21,456 bases of DNA. Source: Promethearchaeota archaeon (GTDB lineage: Archaea > Asgardarchaeota > Lokiarchaeia > Sigyniarchaeales > SOKP01). Below are positions 8,487 through 16,811 of this stretch, piece after piece; within the stretch, counting starts at the first letter, position 1; every line of letters starts with the position of its first letter. The position numbers and the translations under genes are program-made. The notes below the pieces were generated by a model that saw nothing but the letters and a program-made list of their open reading frames with translations, had not been told where the DNA came from and searched no databases. The DNA lies in contig JABCSY010000068.1 in assembly GCA_018238625.1 (NCBI GenBank), forward strand, positions 1 through 21,456, in the 5' to 3' direction.

Positions 8487-9046
8487 TGCTTATGAAGATA
8501 CAAATTAATAAAACAAACACCCCTATCGTATCTCCTGCCGTTGTTGTTTCGGTAGGTGAATGGGACGAGGCAAATCTCATAACGCTTGCGTGGGTTGCTC
8601 GAGTAGTGTCTGAACCGCCGGTAATGTCCGTTTCTATTCGACCATCAAGGCACTCGTATTCCCTAATTGAAAAATTGGAAGAATTCGTGATTAACGTTCC
8701 GAACGCAGGCCAAATTCGAGAGATGGATTTCTGTGGAACGAGAACAGGGAAGAAAGTAGATAAATGGAAAGAACTTAACTTAACGAAACTAAAAGGTGCT
8801 GAAGTCGATGTACCACTCATTAAAGAATTCCCGATTAATATTGAATGTAAAGTCATCAAAAAAATAAAGCTTGGCAGTCACATAATTTATTTAGGTGAAG
8901 TTTTGGCAGTTCATGTCGATGAGGAAAAATTAACCGGCAAAAAACTAGATCCGTTAAAGCAAGACCAAGTTGTATACATCACGGGTAATTATTATGGCTT
9001 AGTTAAAGAACCGCTTGAAAAACAAGCATTTTCTGTGAGGTCCTAA
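8486..9046 (+). CDS. Flavin reductase-like FMN-binding split-barrel protein (flavoredoxin family)
   Basis: NLITLAW, PPVMSVSIRPSRHSY, EFVINVP, DFCGTRTG, PLIKEFPINIECKV, GSHIIYLGEV. Confidence 0.9.
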   Translation: MLMKIQINKTNTPIVSPAVVVSVGEWDEANLITLAWVARVVSEPPVMSVSIRPSRHSYSLIEKLEEFVINVPNAGQIREMDFCGTRTGKKVDKWKELNLTKLKGAEVDVPLIKEFPINIECKVIKKIKLGSHIIYLGEVLAVHVDEEKLTGKKLDPLKQDQVVYITGNYYGLVKEPLEKQAFSVRS

Positions 9047-9189
9047 TTAGTATTACAATAGGGAATTGAAAAATCGAACGAATCAGAAATAAGAAAAACG
9101 GAAAAATTAATTAGACATGGATCGTTAATTTAATTAATTCTTTAAGAATAGAATAAAGAATTGTTTTCAAAAAAAAATTGGTTTTAAAA

Positions 9190-9468
9190 TTGGTAAAAGG
9201 AACAGTAAAATGGTTTAATAGCCGAAAAGGCTTTGGATTTATAAACTCTGAAGAAGGAAACGACGTATTTGTTCATTACACCGCATTAAGTGGTGGAGAG
9301 GACGAATATTTGACGCTAAACGAAAACGATAAGGTTGAGTTTGACGTAACAGAAGGTCAGAAAGGACCACAAGCTTCAAATGTTGTGGTAACCGAGAAAG
9401 CTCCCCCACAGTTTGGTTCATATAACCGCGGTGGTGGCGGTGGCGGCGGTAGACGAAATCGCTATTAA
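9190..9468 (+). CDS. csp: Cold-shock domain protein with Gly/Arg-rich C-terminal tail
   Basis: GTVKWFN, RNP1 KGFGFI, RNP2 [13 protein letters not shown]; tail [15 protein letters not shown]. Start TTG 9190 preferred, TTG 9178 possible. Confidence 0.95.
   Translation: MVKGTVKWFNSRKGFGFINSEEGNDVFVHYTALSGGEDEYLTLNENDKVEFDVTEGQKGPQASNVVVTEKAPPQFGSYNRGGGGGGGRRNRY
9430..9450 (+). repeat. (GGY)7 codon tract encoding poly-Gly
   Basis: GGTGGTGGCGGTGGCGGCGGT. Confidence 0.9.
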
Positions 9469-9711
9469 TTTATTAATTAAGTGAAGTAGTATAAATCTAA
9501 CAAAGTAATAATTTAACATAAGTATTAAATAATAATTAGTAAAAATTTTTGCGATTTTGCGATTTTTTATTTAACCTTATCTTTTTTTTAATAATTTTTA
9601 AGCTGAACTATTGATTTTGAGATTATCGCTTTCAAGTATCATAATAATTAATAAATTTAAAACATCCTTTTTCTATATACAAAAAATAAAAAGAGAAAAA
9701 AGTGGGTATTT

Positions 9712-9906
9712 ATTACAGAAAAAAAGGATGACAGTAAGATTCCAAAAAAAGAACATTCAGTTGAAGAGGTTGCTAAAATTATGGTTGAAAACATGAAAGC
9801 AAACATGGAAAACCCAAACTTTTTGAATGAAAAAGAAGCTCTATTGGAAGAAGTTACTAAAGAGGTTTTAAAAAGAAGAAAGGAAAGACAAAAAAATAAA
9901 GAATAA
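9712..9906 (+). CDS. Small charged helical protein (64 aa) missed by the ORF track, probable ATT start
   Basis: (M)TEKKDDSKIPKKEHSVEEVAKIMVENMKANMENPNFLNEKEALLEEVTKEVLKRRKERQKNKE*; purine-rich coding bias; AAAGTG 7 nt before ATT, as at the thiolase start. First in-frame ATG (9781) would give 41 aa. Confidence 0.6.
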   Translation: MTEKKDDSKIPKKEHSVEEVAKIMVENMKANMENPNFLNEKEALLEEVTKEVLKRRKERQKNKE

Positions 9907-9936
9907 ATTACTATGAAGTTAATTGATGTTTCAATC

Positions 9937-10803
9937 TTAGATAATCTCTCTGATTGATTCTTCATGTAATACTTTTGCGTTAAATTTTAAGACTCGTTTG
10001 ATTTTATCAAGGTCTGAGTAGATTGCGCCTGTTGGACAAACCATCACACAATTGAAACAGTAAATACATCCTTTTTGCTTCTTAGGTAAGTCAGATACAA
10101 TAATTACGCGTGTTGGGCAGTTTTCCTCACACAAGCCACAAGAAGTGCAGAGATCCTTATTGAAGTTGAGTTTTGGCACTCGGAAATTACTTCCAAAAAG
10201 TCGAATAAATGGATATATTACTTGAACTTTCAGATATTGATAGTTCAACATTTTTGATAATTCTCTCCACTCAATAGGGTTAGTAATTCTATACTTAACG
10301 GTTTCACAAAACTTCAATATTAGGTTTTGATCTTCAGAACTGGGAAACTCAATTGAATGTTGATAAAAATGTTTTGCTCTAAGTTTGAGAGCTCCCAATA
10401 CGGTGTAATGTTTCTTGTGAAGTATCTTAGCCATATTTATGAGCGTTTTTCCAGAGTTTACATGTCCATAAGTAGTAAAACAGAAAGAATATCGCCCTCG
10501 ACCTTTATTAATGGGAATGTTAGGGATTCCTTCCAAAAATATTTTTACAGGATCTAACATGTTTAGATGATATGTAGGAGAGCCAACGCCGAGCAATGTT
10601 GTTTCAGAGATAATAGATTCCAATTCACTGGGATCGATCCTTGCTAGGTCAATAAGTAAAACTTCCCCTTCTCCCTTTAGTCGTTCTGCGATTAATTCTG
10701 CACATTTCTTAGTACACCCATTAGGGGACATATAGACAATAGTTACTTTAGAGAAGACATCACGTTCATTAATTGTTTCTTCGCGGGATCTAAGATTTGC
10801 CAT
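9937..10803 (-). CDS. EFR1-family flavodoxin fused to a 2x[4Fe-4S] ferredoxin
   Basis: VYMSPNGCTKK and GVGSPTY flavodoxin motifs; CTSCGLCEENCP and CIYCFNCVMVCP. Confidence 0.9.
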   Translation of the reverse strand: MANLRSREETINERDVFSKVTIVYMSPNGCTKKCAELIAERLKGEGEVLLIDLARIDPSELESIISETTLLGVGSPTYHLNMLDPVKIFLEGIPNIPINKGRGRYSFCFTTYGHVNSGKTLINMAKILHKKHYTVLGALKLRAKHFYQHSIEFPSSEDQNLILKFCETVKYRITNPIEWRELSKMLNYQYLKVQVIYPFIRLFGSNFRVPKLNFNKDLCTSCGLCEENCPTRVIIVSDLPKKQKGCIYCFNCVMVCPTGAIYSDLDKIKRVLKFNAKVLHEESIREII

Positions 10804-10923
10804 AGTACTGGTGTTCCTTAATTCAAAGATATTTAATTATTAAAACTCAATGTTCTGGTTTTGATAATGTTAATGATTTAAATTAAAATAAAAAAATAGA
10901 GAATAAATTTGATTGATAATAAA

Positions 10924-12648
10924 TTATTCTGGGCTTGTACGTTTTTTAAGATATATGTATATGACAGCAGCTAAGGCTACTCCTCCAACTATAGAAACAG
11001 CGACGATAGTGATAATGATGCCTGGATCGAGACCAGCAGTGGCTTTCACAACAGTAACAGCTTCAGATGCTTCATTTCCTATAATATCTTTTGCATAGAA
11101 AGTAATTGTAACATCTCCTTCAGTTAACGCTGCCCATGCCGTTTGATTAATTATCCCGTTTTCTATAAAAGTGTAGTTGTTAATACCTCCATCTATAGTA
11201 TACCACATTGAATCTACATAAACATCAGTGATAGTTACGTCGAAAGAGGGAGCAATTAAGCCAAACACATCGCTTGAAGTAGGTGAATTAATCGTTATTG
11301 ATGGTGCGCCATCTTCTGCTATAGGTAAATAATCTATGCTTCCCGCAGACCCACCTATATATGTATAAGGGTCATCGACAATTCCATCATTTGGATCTGT
11401 ATCTGGAGTAGTCCAATTATCCCAGTAATTCCCAATTGACGTGCTATTCCAAGAGTTATCAGTTCCATCATCCTCCGCATGTTTTCCATTCTCCAGAAAG
11501 AAATTTTGATAAATTGAGTTGTTATCACACCCTGATTCAATATACATTCCCAGAGTATTATTATAAAAGATATTATCAATGATGTCATTGTAATCACCTG
11601 TCTCTATATATATTCCATAATCGTTATTGCTTATTTTGTTACCCTTGATGGTGTTATTGCTACCATCACCTAAAGATATCCCTTCGTAAGTATTACCGTT
11701 TGCGGTGTTTCCCGTAATGTTATTGTAATGACTATTGTCTATAAATATAAACACGTCGTTATAGTTTGCGGTGTTTCCCGAAACCGTGTTATGATCACTA
11801 AAATATAAATATATCCCGTATTCTCCGTTATCATTTGCTGTGTTTCCCTGAATGGTATTATTATCACTGGATGCTAGATGGATTCCATAATTAATATTAC
11901 CATTTGCGGTGTTTCCAGAGATAGTGCTATTATTACAATCCGTGTCTATAGCTATTCCTGAATCTCCATTATTGTTTACAGAGCTTCCTGAGAGAGTATT
12001 GTTAGAACCGTACTCTATATATATCCCTGATTCTCCGTTATCATTTGCAGTGTTTCCCGTAATATTATTGTAACCACAATAACTTAAATAAATCCCAAAA
12101 TTATTATCGTTTGCGGTGTTTCCCGAGATAGTATTGTTATTACATTCGTATAGATATATCCCTTCGTTAGTATTACCGTTTGCGGTGTTTCCCGAGATAG
12201 TATTGTTATTGCAAGTATCTATATCTATCCCCAGCTCCAAATTAGAACATGTATTATTAATTAATCGAGCGTTATTCACATCTTGTAAATAGATTCCTGT
12301 ATCGGTATTATTAATCAAGCAGTCTTGAATAATGAAACTTACATCCGATTGCACAATATCAATCCCTTTCCCTGTCCCGGAACCATTTATTTTGAGATTT
12401 TCAATGATATATGGATCATTCCAGTTTCCTGAACCAGAACACCACGATTGACTTTCTGCCCATGTCCAATTGTGTGCACCAACTCCGGTAGCAGCACCAT
12501 CAATAAAGATTGGTTCATGCACAGCCGATTGTTTCGGGACGCTCAACTCAGCTTGTACTCCGTTGTTGAAAATAAGCGTGTTGTTAAGTAAAAACACCAT
12601 AAATAATCCTATAAATAAAACTGTTATTTTTTTTAGTTTAGATTCCAT
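10924..12648 (-). CDS. Membrane-anchored NosD/right-handed parallel beta-helix surface protein
   Basis: N-terminal signal peptide; WCSGSGNWNDPYIIEN cap; ~23-aa NNTISGNTAN..GIYL repeats; GNYW end cap; Ig-like segment; C-terminal TM followed by KKR. Confidence 0.9.
   Translation of the reverse strand: MESKLKKITVLFIGLFMVFLLNNTLIFNNGVQAELSVPKQSAVHEPIFIDGAATGVGAHNWTWAESQSWCSGSGNWNDPYIIENLKINGSGTGKGIDIVQSDVSFIIQDCLINNTDTGIYLQDVNNARLINNTCSNLELGIDIDTCNNNTISGNTANGNTNEGIYLYECNNNTISGNTANDNNFGIYLSYCGYNNITGNTANDNGESGIYIEYGSNNTLSGSSVNNNGDSGIAIDTDCNNSTISGNTANGNINYGIHLASSDNNTIQGNTANDNGEYGIYLYFSDHNTVSGNTANYNDVFIFIDNSHYNNITGNTANGNTYEGISLGDGSNNTIKGNKISNNDYGIYIETGDYNDIIDNIFYNNTLGMYIESGCDNNSIYQNFFLENGKHAEDDGTDNSWNSTSIGNYWDNWTTPDTDPNDGIVDDPYTYIGGSAGSIDYLPIAEDGAPSITINSPTSSDVFGLIAPSFDVTITDVYVDSMWYTIDGGINNYTFIENGIINQTAWAALTEGDVTITFYAKDIIGNEASEAVTVVKATAGLDPGIIITIVAVSIVGGVALAAVIYIYLKKRTSPE
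11676..12210. repeat. Near-identical internal coding repeats of the beta-helix gene
   Basis: 34 bp exact at 12108-12141 and 12177-12210; 38/39 at 11676-11714 and 12156-12194; further related unit at ~11809-11848 and ~12019-12058. Confidence 0.9.
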
Positions 12649-12913
12649 TTCATTATACCTAAATTTATTTGATAATTAACTCTAATAAGTTATGCTTATA
12701 ATAAGTATTTTACGAATGAAAACACTTGCATTTTTGGAAATTAGAAAAGATTCAATGTTGTGCCAAATAACTCTGATATGACGAGTTACAAGGGATTTAT
12801 AGTTGGTCTGGGTTTTGATGTGAGAGCTTGATTGTTGATAAACATATATAAGATTAGGATGTAAATAAATCCATAGTTCAATTTAATTATAAAAAGTAAA
12901 GTAAAAAAAAGAT

Positions 12914-13471
12914 TTAATTCTTCAATAAATTTGCGTAGTTTTCAGTAAATTTGTTTATTTGATTCCAATCTCTCAGATCATTTCTTTGATTAGGTTTAAT
13001 TCTGGGATCTTCTTTACTAACCATCTTTATCATTTTTTTTCCTACAAATCCGACATTTGAATCTTTAGATAAATCAAGAACTCCTCCAAATACATCGTAT
13101 AAGCCAGCTGTTATTCCATATTGATTTAATACGTCCTCTATGTATTCCTTTTTTAATTCAACTACTTTTTCAGGATTGCTTGCCAGACCGGAGCTTACAA
13201 AAACACCTAAAACTACATTAGAATTTTTGAAGAATTCTAAATTATTTTCTATGAATTTTTTCGTTTCTTTTGTCCATTGACCTACTTTAATACCTGAACC
13301 GATTATGATTCCATCGTATTCCTCTAAATTGGGTTGATTTTCAGTTATCAAATCTTTAGAATTTATAGCAGAAGTATCAATCCCTTTTTCTTTTAAAGTA
13401 TTCACTATTTTACTTGAAACTTCTTCAGTACTTCCATATCTCGTTCCATAAACGATTAGAACTTTTTTCAT
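12914..13471 (-). CDS. Flavodoxin domain protein (HemG/Flavodoxin_5-like)
   Basis: LIVYGTRYGSTEEV, YDGIIIGSGI, FGGVLD, DLRDWNQI; GGAGGT SD upstream. Confidence 0.9.
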   Translation of the reverse strand: MKKVLIVYGTRYGSTEEVSSKIVNTLKEKGIDTSAINSKDLITENQPNLEEYDGIIIGSGIKVGQWTKETKKFIENNLEFFKNSNVVLGVFVSSGLASNPEKVVELKKEYIEDVLNQYGITAGLYDVFGGVLDLSKDSNVGFVGKKMIKMVSKEDPRIKPNQRNDLRDWNQINKFTENYANLLKN

Positions 13472-13511
13472 TTTTACATTACCTCCATTTTTTTCTTTTT
13501 TTATTTTATTT

Positions 13512-13730
13512 TCATAGATTTTTTAATTTTGATTTGTTTATATCAAGTCGTAGATCTCCATTCTCAAACTGGATATAAAGAACAGAATCGTCAATTAACT
13601 TAATTTGGGTTATTTCTTTAAAGTTACAAGAGAAAACAAACTCATTTTTTAAGGAATCCCAATTAAAGTAGCTAATATCTTTAATATCCTTTAATTCAAT
13701 GTTTAAATTATTTTTTTTAAGCCTTTTCAT
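13512..13730 (-). CDS. Small hypothetical protein, 72 aa
   Basis: TAATG coupling to the upstream gene; alternating beta-strand-like pattern (VLYIQFENGDLRLDI). Confidence 0.65.
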   Translation of the reverse strand: MKRLKKNNLNIELKDIKDISYFNWDSLKNEFVFSCNFKEITQIKLIDDSVLYIQFENGDLRLDINKSKLKNL

Positions 13731-14143
13731 TATTTAACAACTCCATCTTGAAATCGTGATTTATTACGGTAAAGATAGATGAGTACGATTCCTGGAACAA
13801 AGAACCCTAAAGCTGCTGTGAATTGTATTGTAATCCCCCATATATCAAATATAATGGTTGCAATACTAACAAGGATTACACCATTGAACCCCCATTTCTT
13901 CATTTGCCATAGTCCGAGAGTAGTGATAAACCCATTTATTCCCAGAATAAAGAACATTACAATTATGAACTGAAAGACAATCGGAGATACGGATACATCT
14001 AACATTGAACCTTCTGTAATATTAAGGATTCCAAAATAAATTCTGAGATATGAATTCAGAGTCCATAAAAGAAAGATAAGAATAAATGAAAAAGATCTTT
14101 TTTTTGATATTTTTTTATTGTCATTCATCAACTCTATAATCAC
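13730..14143 (-). CDS. Hypothetical membrane protein, about 4 TM
   Basis: Four hydrophobic segments, GLWQMKKWG loop. The called GTG lies in the GAGGTG SD, so the true start is probably TTG/ATG a few codons downstream. Confidence 0.75.
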   Translation of the reverse strand: MIIELMNDNKKISKKRSFSFILIFLLWTLNSYLRIYFGILNITEGSMLDVSVSPIVFQFIIVMFFILGINGFITTLGLWQMKKWGFNGVILVSIATIIFDIWGITIQFTAALGFFVPGIVLIYLYRNKSRFQDGVVK

Positions 14144-14144
14144 C

Positions 14145-14564
14145 TCATATGTTTTTCTCTATTTTTTTTTGAAAATATTTTCCCCAAAGAATAGATGAGA
14201 TTAAGGGGGTTATAAGTACTAAAATCCACATTCTACCTTGAAAAATATTATAGTCAGCGAATAACCGTTCCCATGAATGTCCTACAATGTAATGACCAAA
14301 GATAAATTCGAAGGCGATTGTAATAATTACCCAAAGAAGACCTATATAAAGAGAATCTCTGTTTTCATATTTACCTTTAATGTTATTGTAATATAGAGCA
14401 ATAACTAGAAAAAAGATACAGATACCTATAAAACAACTTATAATATGCCCAACAAACTCACCCACTATTGGTGAATACACTCCATTTCGAATTGTTCCGT
14501 TAATAATTGCGATAATACACATTAAAAACCAAATTCCTAATGCTTTTACATATATCTTATTCAT
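14145..14564 (-). CDS. Hypothetical membrane protein, about 4 TM
   Basis: AIINGTIR, IGLLWVIITIAFEFIFGHY, SWERLFADYN..GRMW; start moved from 14636 to ATG 14564 after a GGAGGA SD. Confidence 0.8.
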   Translation of the reverse strand: MNKIYVKALGIWFLMCIIAIINGTIRNGVYSPIVGEFVGHIISCFIGICIFFLVIALYYNNIKGKYENRDSLYIGLLWVIITIAFEFIFGHYIVGHSWERLFADYNIFQGRMWILVLITPLISSILWGKYFQKKIEKNI

Positions 14565-14693
14565 TTTTATTTTTCCTCCTATTATTTTTTTTTTTATATA
14601 TTTCAAAGTCATATTTTTATGACTCTTCATGATCAAGACATTTGAAAACTAAGATATAAATCAATTTTGACTAATTTCCAAACTATTTTGCCT

Positions 14694-14726
14694 AATACGA
14701 ATTTTTAGCAACAATCCGAATTTTTA
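14694..14726. promoter_or_regulatory. Direct repeat, possible operator upstream of the membrane-protein/flavodoxin operon
   Basis: AATACGAATTTTTA 14694-14707 and AATCCGAATTTTTA 14713-14726 (13/14, 19-bp period). Confidence 0.35.
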
Positions 14727-14769
14727 AGAAAATAGTAATATCTAATATAGGAAATAGACTGAAGTAAAA

Positions 14770-15510
14770 CTATGCATAAACTTTTCCTTTACTCCAAAAA
14801 TGCTCCCATAATTTTTTAAGAAAGTCAATTCCTTTAACATCTTTAATAATAATAGCTTCAGAATAATCAGGTTTATCATCACTTGTTTTAGGAAAGCAGA
14901 TTAACCCCTGTCCTAAGGAATTAAATGCCATCGCAATAGTGATGTTATCAAGAATGCGAACCCTAAATTGAGTTTTGGGATGAGCCTTTCTTGTAGTCCC
15001 CTCGCGCTTTAAAATTTCAGGAACAAAGATGTAGTTTACTTTTTTAGCTGATACACTCTCAAATGGAAATGCAGCAGCGACCATAACCCACCTCTCTTCT
15101 GCTGGTGTTTTTTGAAATTCTTTTATTTTAAACATTACTTCACCTGTTCCAGAAACAAATTCACAATCTTTTATGACATCGATCTCTCGAATTAAATGCA
15201 TAGGAAGGTCATCAATTCGATGAGTTCTAAAATATTTAGAATACCGAAAGATAAAATCAATAGGACGAAAAATTGACATTACGACCATTCCAAAGGAACT
15301 AATTTCATACTTCCGCCCAGATGGCAACTCTTTTTGAATAAACCCACATTTCATTAACCTACTTAAGTGTCGTGAAACTTCCGATTTCGAAATATCCCCT
15401 AATTTTTCGGCGATATCAGTTAAAGTTGCTGCTTTTTCAGTAAGCATAAAAAGGATTTTAATCCTTACGGGATTGGAAAGTTCTGAAATCAAATCAGAAT
15501 ATTCACTCAT
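14770..15510 (-). CDS. ArsR-type winged-helix transcription regulator with archaeal C-terminal domain
   Basis: LSNPVRIKIL, ISKSEVSRHLSRLMKCGFI, YEISSFG, then YFRTHRIDDLP. Confidence 0.85.
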   Translation of the reverse strand: MSEYSDLISELSNPVRIKILFMLTEKAATLTDIAEKLGDISKSEVSRHLSRLMKCGFIQKELPSGRKYEISSFGMVVMSIFRPIDFIFRYSKYFRTHRIDDLPMHLIREIDVIKDCEFVSGTGEVMFKIKEFQKTPAEERWVMVAAAFPFESVSAKKVNYIFVPEILKREGTTRKAHPKTQFRVRILDNITIAMAFNSLGQGLICFPKTSDDKPDYSEAIIIKDVKGIDFLKKLWEHFWSKGKVYA

Positions 15511-15580
15511 AAATTTGTATTATTATTAAACTATTTATCATTTCCTATAGACTTAATAGATAAGGTAAAACATATTTATC

Positions 15581-16417
15581 TTAAAATATCTTTTTCATTC
15601 TTTTTTCCTTTAACCAATCTATTCCAAAATCTACTATATCTCGAATGGAAATCAATCGAGCTTCAGCCAAACCAATTTTACCGGGCTTATAATTGATTTT
15701 AGATTCATAATCCTTTCCAAGTTGCTCAAAATCATCGCTATCATAATCTAGACCTTCCCATTCTACCCACTGTCTCTGATTATTCACCATCATTGCACAT
15801 CCATTTCGAATATAGCTTTTTCCAGGGAATTCGCTTCGATATTCAGCAAGATGCAACGAAGAGTTATTCTCGTGGTTTACTCCCACTAATAATATTTGTC
15901 CGTTAAGATCGTAAAGGCGGGAAGTTGGAGAATTCTCGCCTAATTCTGCTTCTAATCCGTGATTTTCGGTAATAAATTTTGCTTGCTTACCCCAAGCAGT
16001 GAACGATGAAGTAGGATGATTACTCCGAAAGACATTAGTCCAATTCCTAAAAGTTTCTACAATTCGTCCCATTGCTCTAGTAGGTGTTATTTTAACTTCG
16101 AAGGCGGGCATCTCTTCTCTTATTATACTCCACCAACTTTTAGGTACGGGAGGATTTTCCCATTGAGATGGTTCGGAATTGCCACTGGTAAATGTCGGCA
16201 TTACTAATGTACCTTCTGAAGTTAAAACTTGTGTTAGCGCTTTAATTACGGATACTGGCCCTCCAACAGTCCAACCAATTTTACTCAGCGAACTATGCAT
16301 TATAATAATTGAACCTTTTTCAACACCAAGCGTTTTAAAATCGCGTTTTAAGGAAGTTATAGTGTTAGGTTGCTTTGTTAATTTAACAACATTGCCTTCA
16401 GAGATTTTATTTTCCAT
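15581..16417 (-). CDS. AAC(3)/YokD-family aminoglycoside N3-acetyltransferase-like protein
   Basis: MHSSLSKIGW, GTLVMPTF, MGRIVETFR, RSNHP, ILLVGV, NSSLHLAE. Confidence 0.92.
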   Translation of the reverse strand: MENKISEGNVVKLTKQPNTITSLKRDFKTLGVEKGSIIIMHSSLSKIGWTVGGPVSVIKALTQVLTSEGTLVMPTFTSGNSEPSQWENPPVPKSWWSIIREEMPAFEVKITPTRAMGRIVETFRNWTNVFRSNHPTSSFTAWGKQAKFITENHGLEAELGENSPTSRLYDLNGQILLVGVNHENNSSLHLAEYRSEFPGKSYIRNGCAMMVNNQRQWVEWEGLDYDSDDFEQLGKDYESKINYKPGKIGLAEARLISIRDIVDFGIDWLKEKRMKKIF

Positions 16418-16427
16418 AGTATATTAA

Positions 16428-16470
16428 ATATTTATAGTTAAAGAGTCTTAAAATTATTTCTAATGAGATT
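16428..16470. repeat. Left copy of a degenerate 43-bp direct repeat; contains the probable aac(3) TATA box (TTTTAAGA on -)
   Basis: ATATTTATAGTTAAAGAGTCTTAAAATTATTTCTAATGAGATT; 34/43 ungapped identity to 17064-17106. Confidence 0.75.
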
Positions 16471-16523
16471 AGAATATTTAAATAATTTTATTGAATTAAT
16501 AATAAAAGAAAGAATAGAAAACA

Positions 16524-16811
16524 CTATATCTGAAGGCGCTGTTTTGAATGGAGAATTGCCACTACTTTGATTAATTTCTTATTCTCATCAATTTGATAAA
16601 GGATTCTATAATCTTTAAAAAGTAATTTTCTAATATTATGTGTCTCTAATTGAGGAATTATTCCATACCTTTTAGGGAATTCTCTAAGAGATTCGATTTT
16701 ATTATAAAAGTCTTCTAGAAAGTGTTCTGCATATTGTATAGAATTTTCTGAGTAATAATTATAAATGTTTTTTAGCTGTCGTTTGGCCTTTTCTGAGATT
16801 CTAATTTCCAT
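16524..16811 (-). CDS. RelE/ParE-family type II toxin
   Basis: 95 aa; ISEKAKRQLKNIYNY, LREFP, IRKL, YRILYQI, VVAILH; downstream of and overlapping a small acidic gene. Confidence 0.88.
   Translation of the reverse strand: MEIRISEKAKRQLKNIYNYYSENSIQYAEHFLEDFYNKIESLREFPKRYGIIPQLETHNIRKLLFKDYRILYQIDENKKLIKVVAILHSKQRLQI

Noticed and set aside
9547-9568. Tandem TTTTGCGA x2 downstream of csp
   Set aside because: Two 8-bp units within a T-rich terminator region; too little to assign a function
9611-9965. Called ORFs 9611-9796 (+) and 9657-9965 (-)
   Set aside because: Better explained as shadows of the + strand frame 9712-9906
11676-12210. Beta-helix repeats as a DGR template/variable pair (one AAC/TAC difference)
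   Set aside because: All copies are in-frame coils of one gene, differences in the other pairs do not map to adenines of a single template copy, and no reverse transcriptase is present
10904-12679. 17/20 direct match flanking the beta-helix gene (10904-10923 and 12660-12679)
   Set aside because: Almost entirely A/T; not distinguishable from background without statistics
14746-15549. 10-bp inverted repeat TATAGGAAAT/ATTTCCTATA flanking the ArsR-type gene
   Set aside because: Short and AT-rich, with no target duplication or transposase
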